From a virus, in UHGV virus genome UHGV-0038496: 64,000 nucleotides of DNA; one strand, given 5' to 3'. The notes under the pieces were generated by a model. The model ran no database searches and had not been told where the DNA came from. It saw only the letters and a program-made list of their open reading frames with translations. The translations under genes were made by a program, and so were the position numbers. Positions 47,473 to 57,611 of the stretch are shown here, one piece after another (position 1 is the stretch's first letter; the number at the start of each line of letters is the position of its first letter).

Positions 47473-47778
47473 ATGTTCAGTGATCACGAATTGTTACCTG
47501 GTGACAGCCCTACACTTGTAGCTGTCTGCACAGGTATTGACAGAACATTCAATATCATTAGCCCCGATGATAGCACTATCGATGAAATCTTTCCAAACCT
47601 TGACAAGAAAGATGCTCTGGATAAGATGCTACCCAGGGACTTCTGTCAGGTTATGATAGATCTGCACTGGCTGAACACATGCAGAGAATCTTTGTGTACC
47701 AGGACTGATGCCGATCTCAATGCTTTGCAGGATTTCACGAAAAACCGCAGGGCCGCTTGTGAAGCAATCTTTGGATGA
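47473..47778 (+). CDS. hypothetical protein
   Basis: 101 aa ORF. Confidence 0.45.
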   Translation: MFSDHELLPGDSPTLVAVCTGIDRTFNIISPDDSTIDEIFPNLDKKDALDKMLPRDFCQVMIDLHWLNTCRESLCTRTDADLNALQDFTKNRRAACEAIFG

Positions 47779-47789
47779 TGGAGGACGAG

Positions 47790-48065
47790 ATGAGATACAC
47801 TATGCGAGAACTGAGCAAATTGACCTGTGAAGAAGGTTTATACCCTCTCATGAGTGTCATGTGCGTAAAAACAGGCAATATCGAAGGGTTGTACCTCGGT
47901 GAGATCTATACGGTGCTCTATGCCCATCAGAGAAATTTTGAATGCATCGTTACAGAAACTGGGCAGACTATCTTCCTGCAAGGTCTTACTACTGGTGAAG
48001 TTGTTGCCCCTGGCCTTGATTGTGAATTTCTCCCCTGGAAAGACTATGACGCTGATCATAAGTGA
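47790..48065 (+). CDS. hypothetical protein
   Basis: Start at ATG after GGAGGA. Confidence 0.45.
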   Translation: MRYTMRELSKLTCEEGLYPLMSVMCVKTGNIEGLYLGEIYTVLYAHQRNFECIVTETGQTIFLQGLTTGEVVAPGLDCEFLPWKDYDADHK

Positions 48066-48081
48066 TCGGAGGTAATGCAAA

Positions 48082-48297
48082 ATGGAGTTCAGTGTGCTCT
48101 GCTCTGAAGGTGAGGTGCATAATTACCCTTTCGAGAACTCTTATCTAGCCAGTATGCCTCTGGACTTCTGGACAACAATAACTGCGGTGCACAATAGAAA
48201 CACCAGACGTGCACTTGCACAGGATCTTGATATGATCACAGACACTGCCTGGCTTGAAGAGTTCACTAAAATACTTCGTGAAAGGGAGGAGTTTTAG
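48082..48297 (+). CDS. hypothetical protein
   Basis: 71 aa, CGGAGG RBS. Confidence 0.45.
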   Translation: MEFSVLCSEGEVHNYPFENSYLASMPLDFWTTITAVHNRNTRRALAQDLDMITDTAWLEEFTKILREREEF

Positions 48298-48504
48298 CGT
48301 ACCCTAAGACTAAAAACAGGCCCCAGATTTCAAATTTAAGGGGCCTAGACGCAATTCTGACGCATTTTTCTCAGGAATGTGAGCAAACGCCTTACCCTAA
48401 CATAAAAACCCTTCACAGGCCTTCTTATAGCGTTTTAGGAGGTCTGTATACTTTCTCGCCAGCGGCGAGCTGTCCAAAATTTTTCCCATCTTACCTTCAC
48501 TGCT

Positions 48505-48570
48505 CAGAAAATGTACTATTTTCTTCGAGGCTCTGCCGAGATACTGCCAGAAAATGTACTATTTTCTTCG
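48505..48570. promoter_or_regulatory. two direct copies of 23-bp operator-like element CAGAAAATGTACTATTTTCTTCG
   Basis: Exact repeats at 48505-48527 and 48548-48570, each with an imperfect palindrome GAAAATGTACTATTTTC; immediately upstream of promoter at 48581. Confidence 0.5.
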
Positions 48571-48580
48571 CGGTTTATGC

Positions 48581-48609
48581 TTGACTCCTTCTCCTGTTTG
48601 TGCTATTAT
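48581..48609 (+). promoter_or_regulatory. sigma70-like promoter
   Basis: TTGACT-17-TATTAT. Confidence 0.5.
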
Positions 48610-48634
48610 CAGTTTGCATTTGAAAGGAGGGGCT

Positions 48635-48787
48635 ATGTACAAGCTGATAATCGTTTTACAATCGGGTGAGCGTATAGAGCTTGGAGATCGCTTCCACACA
48701 ATTGAAGAAGCAGACAGGGAGGGTTATCGTATCCTGCAAGAATCAAGATATGCAGACTATTTTGAAGTAGCAAAAGCAATGCAATAG
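48635..48787 (+). CDS. hypothetical small protein
   Basis: Start at ATG after AAAGGAGGGG (MYKLIIV...). Confidence 0.45.
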   Translation: MYKLIIVLQSGERIELGDRFHTIEEADREGYRILQESRYADYFEVAKAMQ

Positions 48788-48796
48788 GAGGAGCGT

Positions 48797-48937
48797 ATGA
48801 AATCAAGTGAAGTCACAGACGGAATCATCGTCTATTGTCTGGTTACACTGGCAATCCTGTGTGCTGTATTGTGTATAGCTGGAGCATATACAATGCTATC
48901 TTTGCTACTGGAGTATGTTGCAGGGCTATTGTTCTGA
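48797..48937 (+). CDS. hypothetical small membrane protein
   Basis: 46 aa with single hydrophobic helix after AGGAGGAG. Confidence 0.35.
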   Translation: MKSSEVTDGIIVYCLVTLAILCAVLCIAGAYTMLSLLLEYVAGLLF

Positions 48938-49447
48938 CACGTAACTCCTCTGCCCACACATCCACAACAATCGCAAGCTCTGTTGCCTGAAGAGTCAGAC
49001 AAACTTCAGCGATAAGTGCTTTAGCAAGTAGCTTTTAGCTAATTGTGCTGTTCACACATGCCTACCAATTCTGGTAGGTATCTTCCGTATTGCAATTCCT
49101 TTCATCTCCTGCTATAATTTAGATCTTCTCTCTCTTTTCCAGAATACGCTTCTGGGTTTCTCTCTCTTCGGATTGAAGGAGATAGGGGAATATCGACTGA
49201 GTGAACAGTGTGAACATCCGAACGAATGGAGTATCGCACGAGCTTGTCGAGGTTGGAGAGCGGGAGCGGTTATAGCGACCAGCCAACTGCGATGTAATAT
49301 AGGCAGTAAGGCACAATAACGGTAGAGTTTAAGTACCAGCGTTGTTGGGGAGACTAGAACCGGGGGTAGGGGGTTAGGCACATATAGATACTTAGCCTGC
49401 TAATTATTGCATAACTAAGTGATTATAATGGCTTCCTTGCCTGAAAA

Positions 49448-50158
49448 CTACATTCCATAATCCTCATCCTGCTTCTGAGCCATTCCATGATAAACTTCCC
49501 AGTACTTAGAGGCATACACCATATCCCATTCTTCCTGAGTCACCCATGCAATCATCCCACTGAGAATGTCTCTCACCTGTTCCCATTCTTCCCTTTGAGC
49601 AATAGCCTCTTCCTGTGTTTTGAATGCTTTCGCTATACGTTTTGTAACGGTATGACGAGTGACAGCAATACTTGCCCTCCAGTAAGTGTACGGGCCATTA
49701 TGATATTCACTTACCCCACAAATACCAGACTTGTTAGTTTTGTGCATACCACTGTTAGTCATGTTCTGTAGGCGACTAACCAGTCTGAGATTGTCCAGGT
49801 GGTTGTTACCAGGGTCACGATCAATATGGTCAATCTCCATACCTTCCGGGATTGGACCATGATGCATCACCCAGATAATCCTTGCACCCTGGAGCAGAGT
49901 CTGTTTCCCGTCCACCAGCCAGCCTACAACATAGCGACCATCTTTAGCTGCATAGCTACCAGCAACAGCCCCCTTCTTCGCATTAGAAGAACGAGTAAAT
50001 TTATTCCTCAACACACCAAACTCAGCATCATAAACGAAATAGATGCTCCAGTCTGTAGTGTTATACACCTCCTCAAATTTCACCACAACTGTTTTGTTGT
50101 GATTGTTCTTCACAGCGTTATCATAATACGCCTGGGCATCAGCCTTGAACTCAAACAT
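49448..50158 (-). CDS. HNH-AP2 homing endonuclease (free-standing)
   Basis: WVMHHGPIPEGMEIDHIDRDPGNNHLDNLRLV HNH motif and AP2-like segment; isolated in ORF-poor region. Confidence 0.6.
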   Translation of the reverse strand: MFEFKADAQAYYDNAVKNNHNKTVVVKFEEVYNTTDWSIYFVYDAEFGVLRNKFTRSSNAKKGAVAGSYAAKDGRYVVGWLVDGKQTLLQGARIIWVMHHGPIPEGMEIDHIDRDPGNNHLDNLRLVSRLQNMTNSGMHKTNKSGICGVSEYHNGPYTYWRASIAVTRHTVTKRIAKAFKTQEEAIAQREEWEQVRDILSGMIAWVTQEEWDMVYASKYWEVYHGMAQKQDEDYGM

Positions 50159-50199
50159 CCTGACCTCCGAAACCTTTTACCAGTATCGAAAATATACCA

Positions 50200-50525
50200 C
50201 AAATGGCCTGAAGAGTCAAATCATTTCCCCTCTTTAAGCCTCTTTGATCCGATTAACATGCTAATTATTCACAGAAAATACCCACACATAGCCTAAGCAC
50301 TTGATTTCATTGTGAAATATGGCCTGAAGAGCACCACATATTTTAACATACCTTTAACATAATACTTCCCCCGTATATACCTCCCCGCCCTGTCCAGGAG
50401 TCCCGTAAATACTGGCTTCCCCACAAATATCAGCACCACAAATATCACAGGCCTGAAGAGGGCCTCATTTTTTTTTATTCGCACCTCCCCCTCCCCCGTA
50501 GGGCGGTACATAGCCTGAAGAGGCA
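50200..50525. repeat. four dispersed copies of (G)GCCTGAAGAG
   Basis: Copies near 50208, 50322, 50449, 50512 in ORF-free DNA. Confidence 0.45.
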
Positions 50526-50921
50526 TTCATACAATCAGGGGCAAATATCCCAGACTTACATTTGAGGTATTAGGCAGGCGAAACGCGACTCCTTCTCATA
50601 ATGCGAATGATTCTCAAATATCACGGCTGCTTTCGTTATTGATAGCCTGGGCCTTGCAGCTATTGGCCTGGTTATTGCACGGTAGTTACTCACAGCGATT
50701 AATAGTTACACACAGAGATTATAGGGTTGACTGTTCACGCCCTCATTGTGTGGGGTTGAATAATAACATGCGTTACAGTTTTCCACAGGAGCATTTAAGT
50801 TGATGATAAGCCTTCTCATTTGGGAATAATTATTACTTCGTATTGTTCATCATACGTAACACCAGTTATACGCACTTATGATCATCTGTACAGTAGTTCC
50901 ACACAAAGGTAGGACACTGGG

Positions 50922-50961
50922 TTATCCACAGGTGGCAGGGTTATCCACAGACTTATCCACA
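50922..50961 (+). promoter_or_regulatory. three tandem DnaA boxes (TTATCCACA)
   Basis: Exact consensus 9-mers at 50922-50930, 50941-50949, 50953-50961, same orientation. Confidence 0.6.
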
Positions 50962-51299
50962 GCTCACGTATGACGCTACGCGGAATAATCACAGGTCAAA
51001 CGACAGGAAACGAAAGGAAACGAAAACAATCGAAAGAAGATTAATTGCGGTTTATTACAGCACGAAAAGATTAATCATTGCAATAGTTAGCCTGCTATTA
51101 ATTATATTTACAGGGGTGACAGTTACGTCATGTTACAGATGACTGGGCATCATATTGCACTGGCACACTACCATACCAGCTATATAACATGCCCCACAGA
51201 TGCATCTTATAACTGGTCTGACCACTTACGCATAAAAAATCGTTGACAAAAAGAGCGAAATTTGTTAGGCATACTTTCCCCATACTTCGGTCATACTCC

Positions 51300-51480
51300 C
51301 CCCACAGTTTACAGTTTGAAAAGCCCATAATCACACCTCAGGCCTCTGGCCTTCGAGGTAACGCAGTTACGAGACACGCATTGAAATCATAACATCCCAT
51401 GACTGTTTACACAGCGTAGCACTGAGGCCCCGCCGATTTTACACATCTGACAGTTTACACGCATGACAGTTTACGCCTTG
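51300..51480. repeat. ACAGTTTAC(A/G)C repeat family
   Basis: At least five copies (about 51308, 51315, 51402, 51449, 51465). Confidence 0.45.
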
Positions 51481-51596
51481 ATTTACAAGGAAATAGTTGC
51501 GACATGTAACTACCGCAAGACGGTATAGTTGCGCCGTGTTATCGTTGCATGTGTAACTTTACCGTGAAGCCATAGGCTGAATGTGTAACATTACTT

Positions 51597-51928
51597 CAGC
51601 GTTATTGTCACAGATCTGATAGTTTGCACTCTACTCTTAACCAGTGTTATAGTAACACCTGTTACTACTACTTTTGACATAATAACGCTGGGAAAACGTA
51701 ACCGTTTTTGATTATTAACATGTAATAACCCAGCGTTACCATAACAATTTTTATTGTTATTGGAGGACATAATAACGCTGAGGATTATTACATGATAATT
51801 TATGATATAATTTCGCTGGCTATGCCAGGTGGACTACGTCCACCCCGTAGGGCGTTATCATAAATTAGCGAGATAATAATGCTGGATAATAACACGGGGG
51901 TGTTATTGTCACTCAGCGTTATTATGTC
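51597..51928. repeat. iteron family GACATAATAACGCTG (direct and inverted copies)
   Basis: Direct copies at 51677, 51767, variant 51872; inverted CAGCGTTATT at about 51597, 51732, 51914. Confidence 0.5.
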
Positions 51929-52651
51929 GCTCCCTCCGGTCGCGCCATGTTATCGTTGCATAATGTGATTATTGCATTCGCAAATTATTATTTATCTTAT
52001 TTTACTTTATGCAATTTATATATTTTCATTGATTGTAATTTTATTTATTTTATATTTTATTGTATCTCATAATCTAATTATATTACTAATATTATACTAT
52101 ATAGATTATTGAGATACAGAATAATCACCGCCTGAAAGTATATTAATCCCACAGCAGAATAGTCACTGCATGAAATAATGTGGGGTGGGATAGTCACACC
52201 TCGGCATGACTGCCTTGCGGAATAATCACCATATTTACCACACCTGCCAGGTTGTTGAGAATATTTCTCATATGTTAGCTATGCACTAATATTGCATAAT
52301 TAAAACATACCTATCAGATGCATCTTATCGTGACGCTACGTGAAAAATAGAATTTTGCGCCTATAGTTATACCCGATTTTTCAAAAAATGGACTTTATAA
52401 CTCACTGTTTTATAAAGATTTATAGTTGTTGACACAGCCATATAAAATGTGCATCAGCCGAAAAGTGTGAGATACTTCACAAAATGCCCTACATTTGACA
52501 GCCGAAAACTGAAAAAACTTAAAAACTATGTATGCAAATACAGCTATTTTACTGTGTGGTTAATTTTTAGGCATTTTATTTTATGCATTGTTTGAATACC
52601 GGATTCACAGCTTGCCCATGAAGCTACGCTGAATAAATCACTATATTACAG

Positions 52652-52683
52652 ACAACAAAAAGGCCGCTTATTTGCGGCCCCTT
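52652..52683 (-). terminator. rho-independent terminator
   Basis: AAGGGGCCGCAAATAAGCGGCCTTTTTG on minus strand after gene ending at 52701. Confidence 0.6.
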
Positions 52684-52700
52684 ATTATTTCGTTGATAAA

Positions 52701-53120
52701 TTATAGCGCTTCGTATATTTCATAGATTCGATTTGCAAGGTCGTTACGGTAGCGGAATTTTTCGTCACGCTTGATCATTAAATCTTTATAGCCATACTCC
52801 TTAAGCACTTCATTAACTTTATGGCGGCATACCTGCATATTGTCCTGAGCGTCACCAATAAACTTGTTGCTGTGGTGCATTGCTTTAATTTCTTCTTCCA
52901 GGACCAGGGCAACTACCCGGACCGGATCAAGCTGGTAGGCGTTAACATCCATGCGGCACTGTAGGCGGCTTTTAACATCGTTTACCGGATATACTGCAAC
53001 CTCTTCCCCGTCCACGTTGACAATAACCAGCTTGTCGCCGATCTCGAATCCTTTAGCCGCTGGACCGTGGCAAAAAGCGTTATCAAAACTATATGCGGGA
53101 TTGTTTGATTCAATGTTCAT
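52701..53120 (-). CDS. hypothetical protein
   Basis: 139 aa, GAGGAAAA RBS. Confidence 0.5.
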   Translation of the reverse strand: MNIESNNPAYSFDNAFCHGPAAKGFEIGDKLVIVNVDGEEVAVYPVNDVKSRLQCRMDVNAYQLDPVRVVALVLEEEIKAMHHSNKFIGDAQDNMQVCRHKVNEVLKEYGYKDLMIKRDEKFRYRNDLANRIYEIYEAL

Positions 53121-53177
53121 GGTGTTTTCCTCTTCGTTGTGTCTTAGTTGGGCCTTTCGGCCCTTGCAATTATCTTA

Positions 53178-53450
53178 TTACTTGATGCGGCAAAATTCAA
53201 GCGTTTTTAATTGATAATCTTCTTCGGCTTGCATCACCACGCAATTGATCATGTGGTCGGCGTTATCGAATCCACATTTCACAGCGAAATCATCGGCCCC
53301 GCCTTTGTGGTCATGTTCTGCGTTCATAGCCTCTACAAAATGGTACTCAAGATTATTCAAGTAAGGGCTAGATGTGCCGTCTTCTTTTTCAATAAGATCC
53401 CAGATAGCATTAAAACGTTTTTCAGTCGCCTTTTTAATCCACCCTTTCAT
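53178..53450 (-). CDS. hypothetical protein
   Basis: 90 aa, AAGGGG RBS. Confidence 0.45.
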   Translation of the reverse strand: MKGWIKKATEKRFNAIWDLIEKEDGTSSPYLNNLEYHFVEAMNAEHDHKGGADDFAVKCGFDNADHMINCVVMQAEEDYQLKTLEFCRIK

Positions 53451-53729
53451 AATTTTGCCCCTTATTGTGTGAGATATTTACTTCTTCCATTTTCATTATA
53501 GCCTATTTGTGGATTGATGCAAGATTGTTTTTTAGTTACAACATTCCAACCCCCTCCAACCGGACCGGACCGCCGTCACGGCCTGGACCGGACCACAGGA
53601 AACGCAACAGGAAGCATTTTAGGGGCATGAAAAAGGAGGCTATGCACTTGCAAGGCCTCCTCCAGTTTATCCCGCCTGTGTGGCGATTATGTGGGCTATT
53701 TTTGATTTGCAGCTTTCGAGTATAGTCGG

Positions 53730-54026
53730 CTATTCTTCAACAGGGAAAACATCGTTCACGAAAGCGATGATCGCACCCTGGACCAGGTAGCGCGGGAAGA
53801 TGGCTTGATCCCCTGCCTCCTGGTGACCGTCTTCAAAGAGGCGATAGATCACCAGATAACTTTTTTCGTCAACCTTTTGGATCTCGACCTCCAGCCATCG
53901 ATCATGGTCATGGTCATCACGGAATGCCATCACCTGGCCGCCGTTTTTGTTGGCAATCTCAACCATTACAGCGGCATTGTCGATCATGCCGTCAAAGAAG
54001 AATAAACCGTTTGCAGGGATAAACAT
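53730..54026 (-). CDS. hypothetical protein
   Basis: Start at ATG after AAGGAG (MFIPANG...); His/Asp-rich. Confidence 0.45.
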   Translation of the reverse strand: MFIPANGLFFFDGMIDNAAVMVEIANKNGGQVMAFRDDHDHDRWLEVEIQKVDEKSYLVIYRLFEDGHQEAGDQAIFPRYLVQGAIIAFVNDVFPVEE

Positions 54027-54085
54027 AATAATCACTCCTTTCGATTTGGTGGATAGCTGGCGGGGTATCGTCCCCGCCTGGTTGC

Positions 54086-54376
54086 TTATTTGTTTTCTTT
54101 AATCATTTTGCCGATATACTCGATCACTGCTTTCAGCTGGCGGCGATCCTTGATCCAGGCTGGGAGGTCTTCCAGGTAGCTGCATAAGCTGCCACGGAAA
54201 AACATTTCTTCACCCTGTAAGTGATACAGTACTAAAGGCTCGCATTCATTTTCAAGATCCCAGATCCAGACTACGGGAACGGCCTTTTCTTCCACCTCGT
54301 TCCATGCTTCTTCAATCGTTACGTCCACACCGCGATTATTAGCAAAGTTAATTAGTTTTTTATCGATGATGCTCAT
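54086..54376 (-). CDS. hypothetical protein
   Basis: 96 aa, GGGAGG RBS. Confidence 0.45.
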   Translation of the reverse strand: MSIIDKKLINFANNRGVDVTIEEAWNEVEEKAVPVVWIWDLENECEPLVLYHLQGEEMFFRGSLCSYLEDLPAWIKDRRQLKAVIEYIGKMIKENK

Positions 54377-54453
54377 TTTATTTTCCTCCCTTCCTGCTCT
54401 TTATGATTAGTTTAATACCCTGGGGACTGCATTGCAAGCCCCTATCTTAAAAT

Positions 54454-54618
54454 TTACATAATTACCGCCTTTTTGCCTTCGGCTATTGCGATCCGGTAAA
54501 CTTCCATTGCTCGCATCCAGTCGCCTCCCTCGTACATCAAACGATAATTGCCGTTTTCCAACACTTCATAAATGGCATAGGCGGGAGCGCCATAATCTTT
54601 TACTAAATCTGCGTTCAT
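54454..54618 (-). CDS. hypothetical small protein
   Basis: 54 aa ORF below track cutoff; GGGGGAAAA upstream. Confidence 0.35.
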   Translation of the reverse strand: MNADLVKDYGAPAYAIYEVLENGNYRLMYEGGDWMRAMEVYRIAIAEGKKAVIM

Positions 54619-54631
54619 GATGTTTTCCCCC

Positions 54632-54724
54632 TTAAGCTACCACGATTGCCACAGCTGCCACTACACCTATTACAACTGCCGCCATAGTCAGAGCTAACAC
54701 ACTGCCTACGAATAAAGTTGCCAT
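54632..54724 (-). CDS. hypothetical small hydrophobic peptide
   Basis: 30 aa all-hydrophobic ORF after GGGGAGG. Confidence 0.3.
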   Translation of the reverse strand: MATLFVGSVLALTMAAVVIGVVAAVAIVVA

Positions 54725-54928
54725 AATCTTTTCCTCCCCTTCGTGTTACTGTTTACTGCCTTCACCTATAGAATACAGTATGGGGGGCAGTAGTCAACAC
54801 CTTTTGTAAAAAAAAATCCTGGTAGTCGTTGGCATCGGCGGCACTGACTAACCAGGATGGGCAAACATCAAAAATAAGGCATCAAACGGGGCGTAGGACG
54901 CAAAAAACTTAGTTCCCTTTGTACTTCT

Positions 54929-55282
54929 TCATAGCTGGATAATATAGCCCTTAGAATCGTATAGACGGCGTTCCAGCGCTTCATAATAAAAACCCGCAAG
55001 GCTAAAAAGGCAGTGATTAGCACGTAAAACTTCCGCTGCATAAGCCGGATCCGCTTCCATTCGTTTGATTAGAATATTCTGCCACGCCAGGCGACGGATC
55101 TCACCGTTAACGTTACGTTTGATCAAAGTGTCTACTTTGTAGAGTCGTGCGGCTTGAGCGGCTTTTTTCGCTTTTACCCGCAAGGCCTCTTTTTCGTAGG
55201 CTATCACCGCGCCGATGGCCTCATCCTGGGCTTTTGCTGCCAATAGGTCGAAAGTTAACAGGCTAACGCTTGCACGTTTCAT
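54929..55282 (-). CDS. hypothetical protein
   Basis: 117 aa ORF. Confidence 0.45.
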   Translation of the reverse strand: MKRASVSLLTFDLLAAKAQDEAIGAVIAYEKEALRVKAKKAAQAARLYKVDTLIKRNVNGEIRRLAWQNILIKRMEADPAYAAEVLRANHCLFSLAGFYYEALERRLYDSKGYIIQL

Positions 55283-55308
55283 AGTAATTTACCTCTTATG
55301 CTGTTGCA

Positions 55309-55536
55309 TTATTTATTATCATTCCGGTAAATAACTTTTCCGTTCCGGTCCATCAGCACGCCGATTAATCCGTGGCGTTCGTGGTAGTATTTTTCCATTT
55401 TGAAGATTAAAAAATCTTCTGCTTTATCATATTCATAGCAAGAAACGATATAATCAGGGCGAAAATATATAAAATGGTTAGCATGTGGATTTTTTTCTTT
55501 TGCCTGATTAAATGCTTTGCTGTCAACGATAATCAT
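55309..55536 (-). CDS. hypothetical protein
   Basis: Start at ATG after GGGGAG (MIIVDSK...). Confidence 0.45.
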   Translation of the reverse strand: MIIVDSKAFNQAKEKNPHANHFIYFRPDYIVSCYEYDKAEDFLIFKMEKYYHERHGLIGVLMDRNGKVIYRNDNK

Positions 55537-55553
55537 GATCTTTACTCCCCTTG

Positions 55554-55802
55554 TCAACCGTGCAATGCCTGCACATTGAAAGCGCCATAGATAGGATCAG
55601 CCGGAACATCAATTTTGTATTTTTCGCATTTAAAGACGATATAAACATAGTCTTTTTTGTCCTGCCTGATCGCACGTTCGACCATTTTCCCATTGTGCAC
55701 AAATACAACGTAACCGCTTGCGATGTACTGGTTAATGGCGACAGGTATCATAGTACGGCGAACGTTAGTACCCTTGTCGATTAAAGCGCTTAGATTTTTC
55801 AT
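55554..55802 (-). CDS. hypothetical protein
   Basis: 82 aa, GAGGAG RBS. Confidence 0.45.
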   Translation of the reverse strand: MKNLSALIDKGTNVRRTMIPVAINQYIASGYVVFVHNGKMVERAIRQDKKDYVYIVFKCEKYKIDVPADPIYGAFNVQALHG

Positions 55803-55843
55803 TTTGCTTACTCCTCTTTTCTTGTTGGACTTAAGGCCCTGCC

Positions 55844-56023
55844 TTACAGGGCCATTTTTAACAATTCATGCATGTCGAAATTTTCAAGGTTTTTAGCCAG
55901 GTAGACGGCTTTTTCTGCCACCTCCTCATCGATATCGTCATCGGGGAGAAGGTCCAGAGCATTTTCACGTTCACGCATTGCAACATTTACCAGGTTGTTA
56001 ACTTTTTTGATATTCCGTTTCAT
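55844..56023 (-). CDS. hypothetical small protein
   Basis: 59 aa ORF below track cutoff; AAGAGGAG RBS. Confidence 0.4.
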   Translation of the reverse strand: MKRNIKKVNNLVNVAMRERENALDLLPDDDIDEEVAEKAVYLAKNLENFDMHELLKMAL

Positions 56024-56100
56024 GATTTAGTACTCCTCTTATTTGGTGTGGTACTTCTTTTATTTACATCTTACAACAACCTGGCAGCTTGTCAACCTTT

Positions 56101-56631
56101 TTATTTCATCATTTTGCGAATTTTGTTAGCCATTGCCGGGTTATCTAGTACAAGGTTGTAGAGGTCTTTAAAATTCTCGGCGGCATCCTCATAACCATTC
56201 AGGCCATAGCCTTTTACCATTTTGTTAAAACCTGCTTTATCTTCCTCTATAACTTCCTCTTTTTCTTTGAAAATTAATTCGCCGTTATCATCAACCAGGT
56301 TGGCCCCATTGTCAAAAACCAGATTCCCTTTTTCCCCTTTATAAACATGGTCACGGATCACGACCTCTTTTAAAGCCTCCTGTATAACATATTTTGCATC
56401 ATTTGCACAATTGCGATCCGCCTTTTTCAACCAGGCCCCTTTTTCCTTGATATCCGCATCAGGATTAAAGGCGACCATAGGGGCAACAACTTCCCCGGCG
56501 CAATTCATTATAATTTCTTTCACATAGACGGGATTGATATGCTCAGGGGCTTCAACTTTAAAGCCGCCAGCGTTTACATTCGCACCGATAACCATCGCCA
56601 GGGCAGCTAAAACATATTTGAATGCTTTCAT
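56101..56631 (-). CDS. secreted/periplasmic protein (signal peptide)
   Basis: Start at MKAFKYVLAALAMVIGANVNA after AGAGGA; hydrophobic signal-like N-terminus, no lipobox Cys. Confidence 0.5.
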   Translation of the reverse strand: MKAFKYVLAALAMVIGANVNAGGFKVEAPEHINPVYVKEIIMNCAGEVVAPMVAFNPDADIKEKGAWLKKADRNCANDAKYVIQEALKEVVIRDHVYKGEKGNLVFDNGANLVDDNGELIFKEKEEVIEEDKAGFNKMVKGYGLNGYEDAAENFKDLYNLVLDNPAMANKIRKMMK

Positions 56632-56711
56632 GATTTTTTCCTCTTTCAAGTGGTTAATACTGCTTTCAGTTTTATAATATACTATCCTGGCAAGGTGTCA
56701 ACACTTTTATC

Positions 56712-56897
56712 TTATTTTGCTTCTCTTTCTCTTCGTGCCAGGTACTTACACCGGGCCAGGGCTAGATCGAAATCTGCGTAAGCGCTATCACAAGTAGAAT
56801 GTGTTAAACCTTTTACCATCACCTGGTAAACTTCCGGCCTAACCTCAAGGATCCAGTAGTTGCCCTCTTCGTAAAGTATTTGAGATTCTTTAATCAT
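56712..56897 (-). CDS. hypothetical protein
   Basis: 61 aa, AAGGAG RBS. Confidence 0.45.
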   Translation of the reverse strand: MIKESQILYEEGNYWILEVRPEVYQVMVKGLTHSTCDSAYADFDLALARCKYLARREREAK

Positions 56898-56945
56898 GGT
56901 GTTTACTCCTTTTAGTGCTTTATGTTGTGTTTTTATGTTCTGTCG

Positions 56946-57212
56946 TTATTTATGAGCGCCTTTTACGCCAACCAGGCGATTATATTCTAAGTGCTCAACA
57001 ATTAACCAATCTTTGAAATCGCCGTCACGGTTTAACAGCCGCCAATCTTTGTTGATATTGTATTTATAGCCATAGCCGCAATTTAACTTAGTAGGATGCA
57101 CCGCTTTCGCGTTGTGTGCTTCCAGGATGCTCAGGGCTTTTTTAAGAACGTTTGCGGGAGTATTTTTTTGCATTTTAACGTTCTTGATACCTTTAACGTC
57201 GATCATTTTCAT
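56946..57212 (-). CDS. hypothetical protein
   Basis: Start at ATG (MKMIDVK...) after AAAGGTGA. Confidence 0.4.
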   Translation of the reverse strand: MKMIDVKGIKNVKMQKNTPANVLKKALSILEAHNAKAVHPTKLNCGYGYKYNINKDWRLLNRDGDFKDWLIVEHLEYNRLVGVKGAHK

Positions 57213-57308
57213 GATGGTCACCTTTTTGTGTTTTGTTAGTCTTAACTACTTCTTTTAATTTAATTGTATATCTTTTAGATTCTGTGTCAACTACTTTTTT
57301 CTAACTTT

Positions 57309-57518
57309 TTACCCCTCCCTGGCAAGGCGTTCAAGCCGGATAACCATTCTTGCGACCGCCCTCCAATCCGCATCATTAAATTCATCCATAGGGGCCGGAT
57401 TGTTCATTACTTCCAGGTTGTTGATATTGACGTGATACGGTACAGCTTTTACAGGTGCGGCCTTTGCTGCCGCTTTTCTTGCTTTCGCCGCTTTGCGTTT
57501 ATCTCTACCCATGCCCAT
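57309..57518 (-). CDS. hypothetical protein (basic N-terminus)
   Basis: 69 aa, GAGGAG RBS, KRKAAKARKAAAKAA tract. Confidence 0.45.
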   Translation of the reverse strand: MGMGRDKRKAAKARKAAAKAAPVKAVPYHVNINNLEVMNNPAPMDEFNDADWRAVARMVIRLERLAREG

Positions 57519-57611
57519 GATTTGTTACTCCTCTGGTTGTTGGCCTTACTTCTTTCTTCATCTTTATAGTAAGAAAAAGGCCTGCACATTGCAAGCCTTT
57601 ATGAAGATTTT

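Noticed and set aside
51128-51334. 68-aa minus-strand ORF in the iteron region
   Set aside because: No ribosome-binding site, sits within repeat DNA, translation not protein-like
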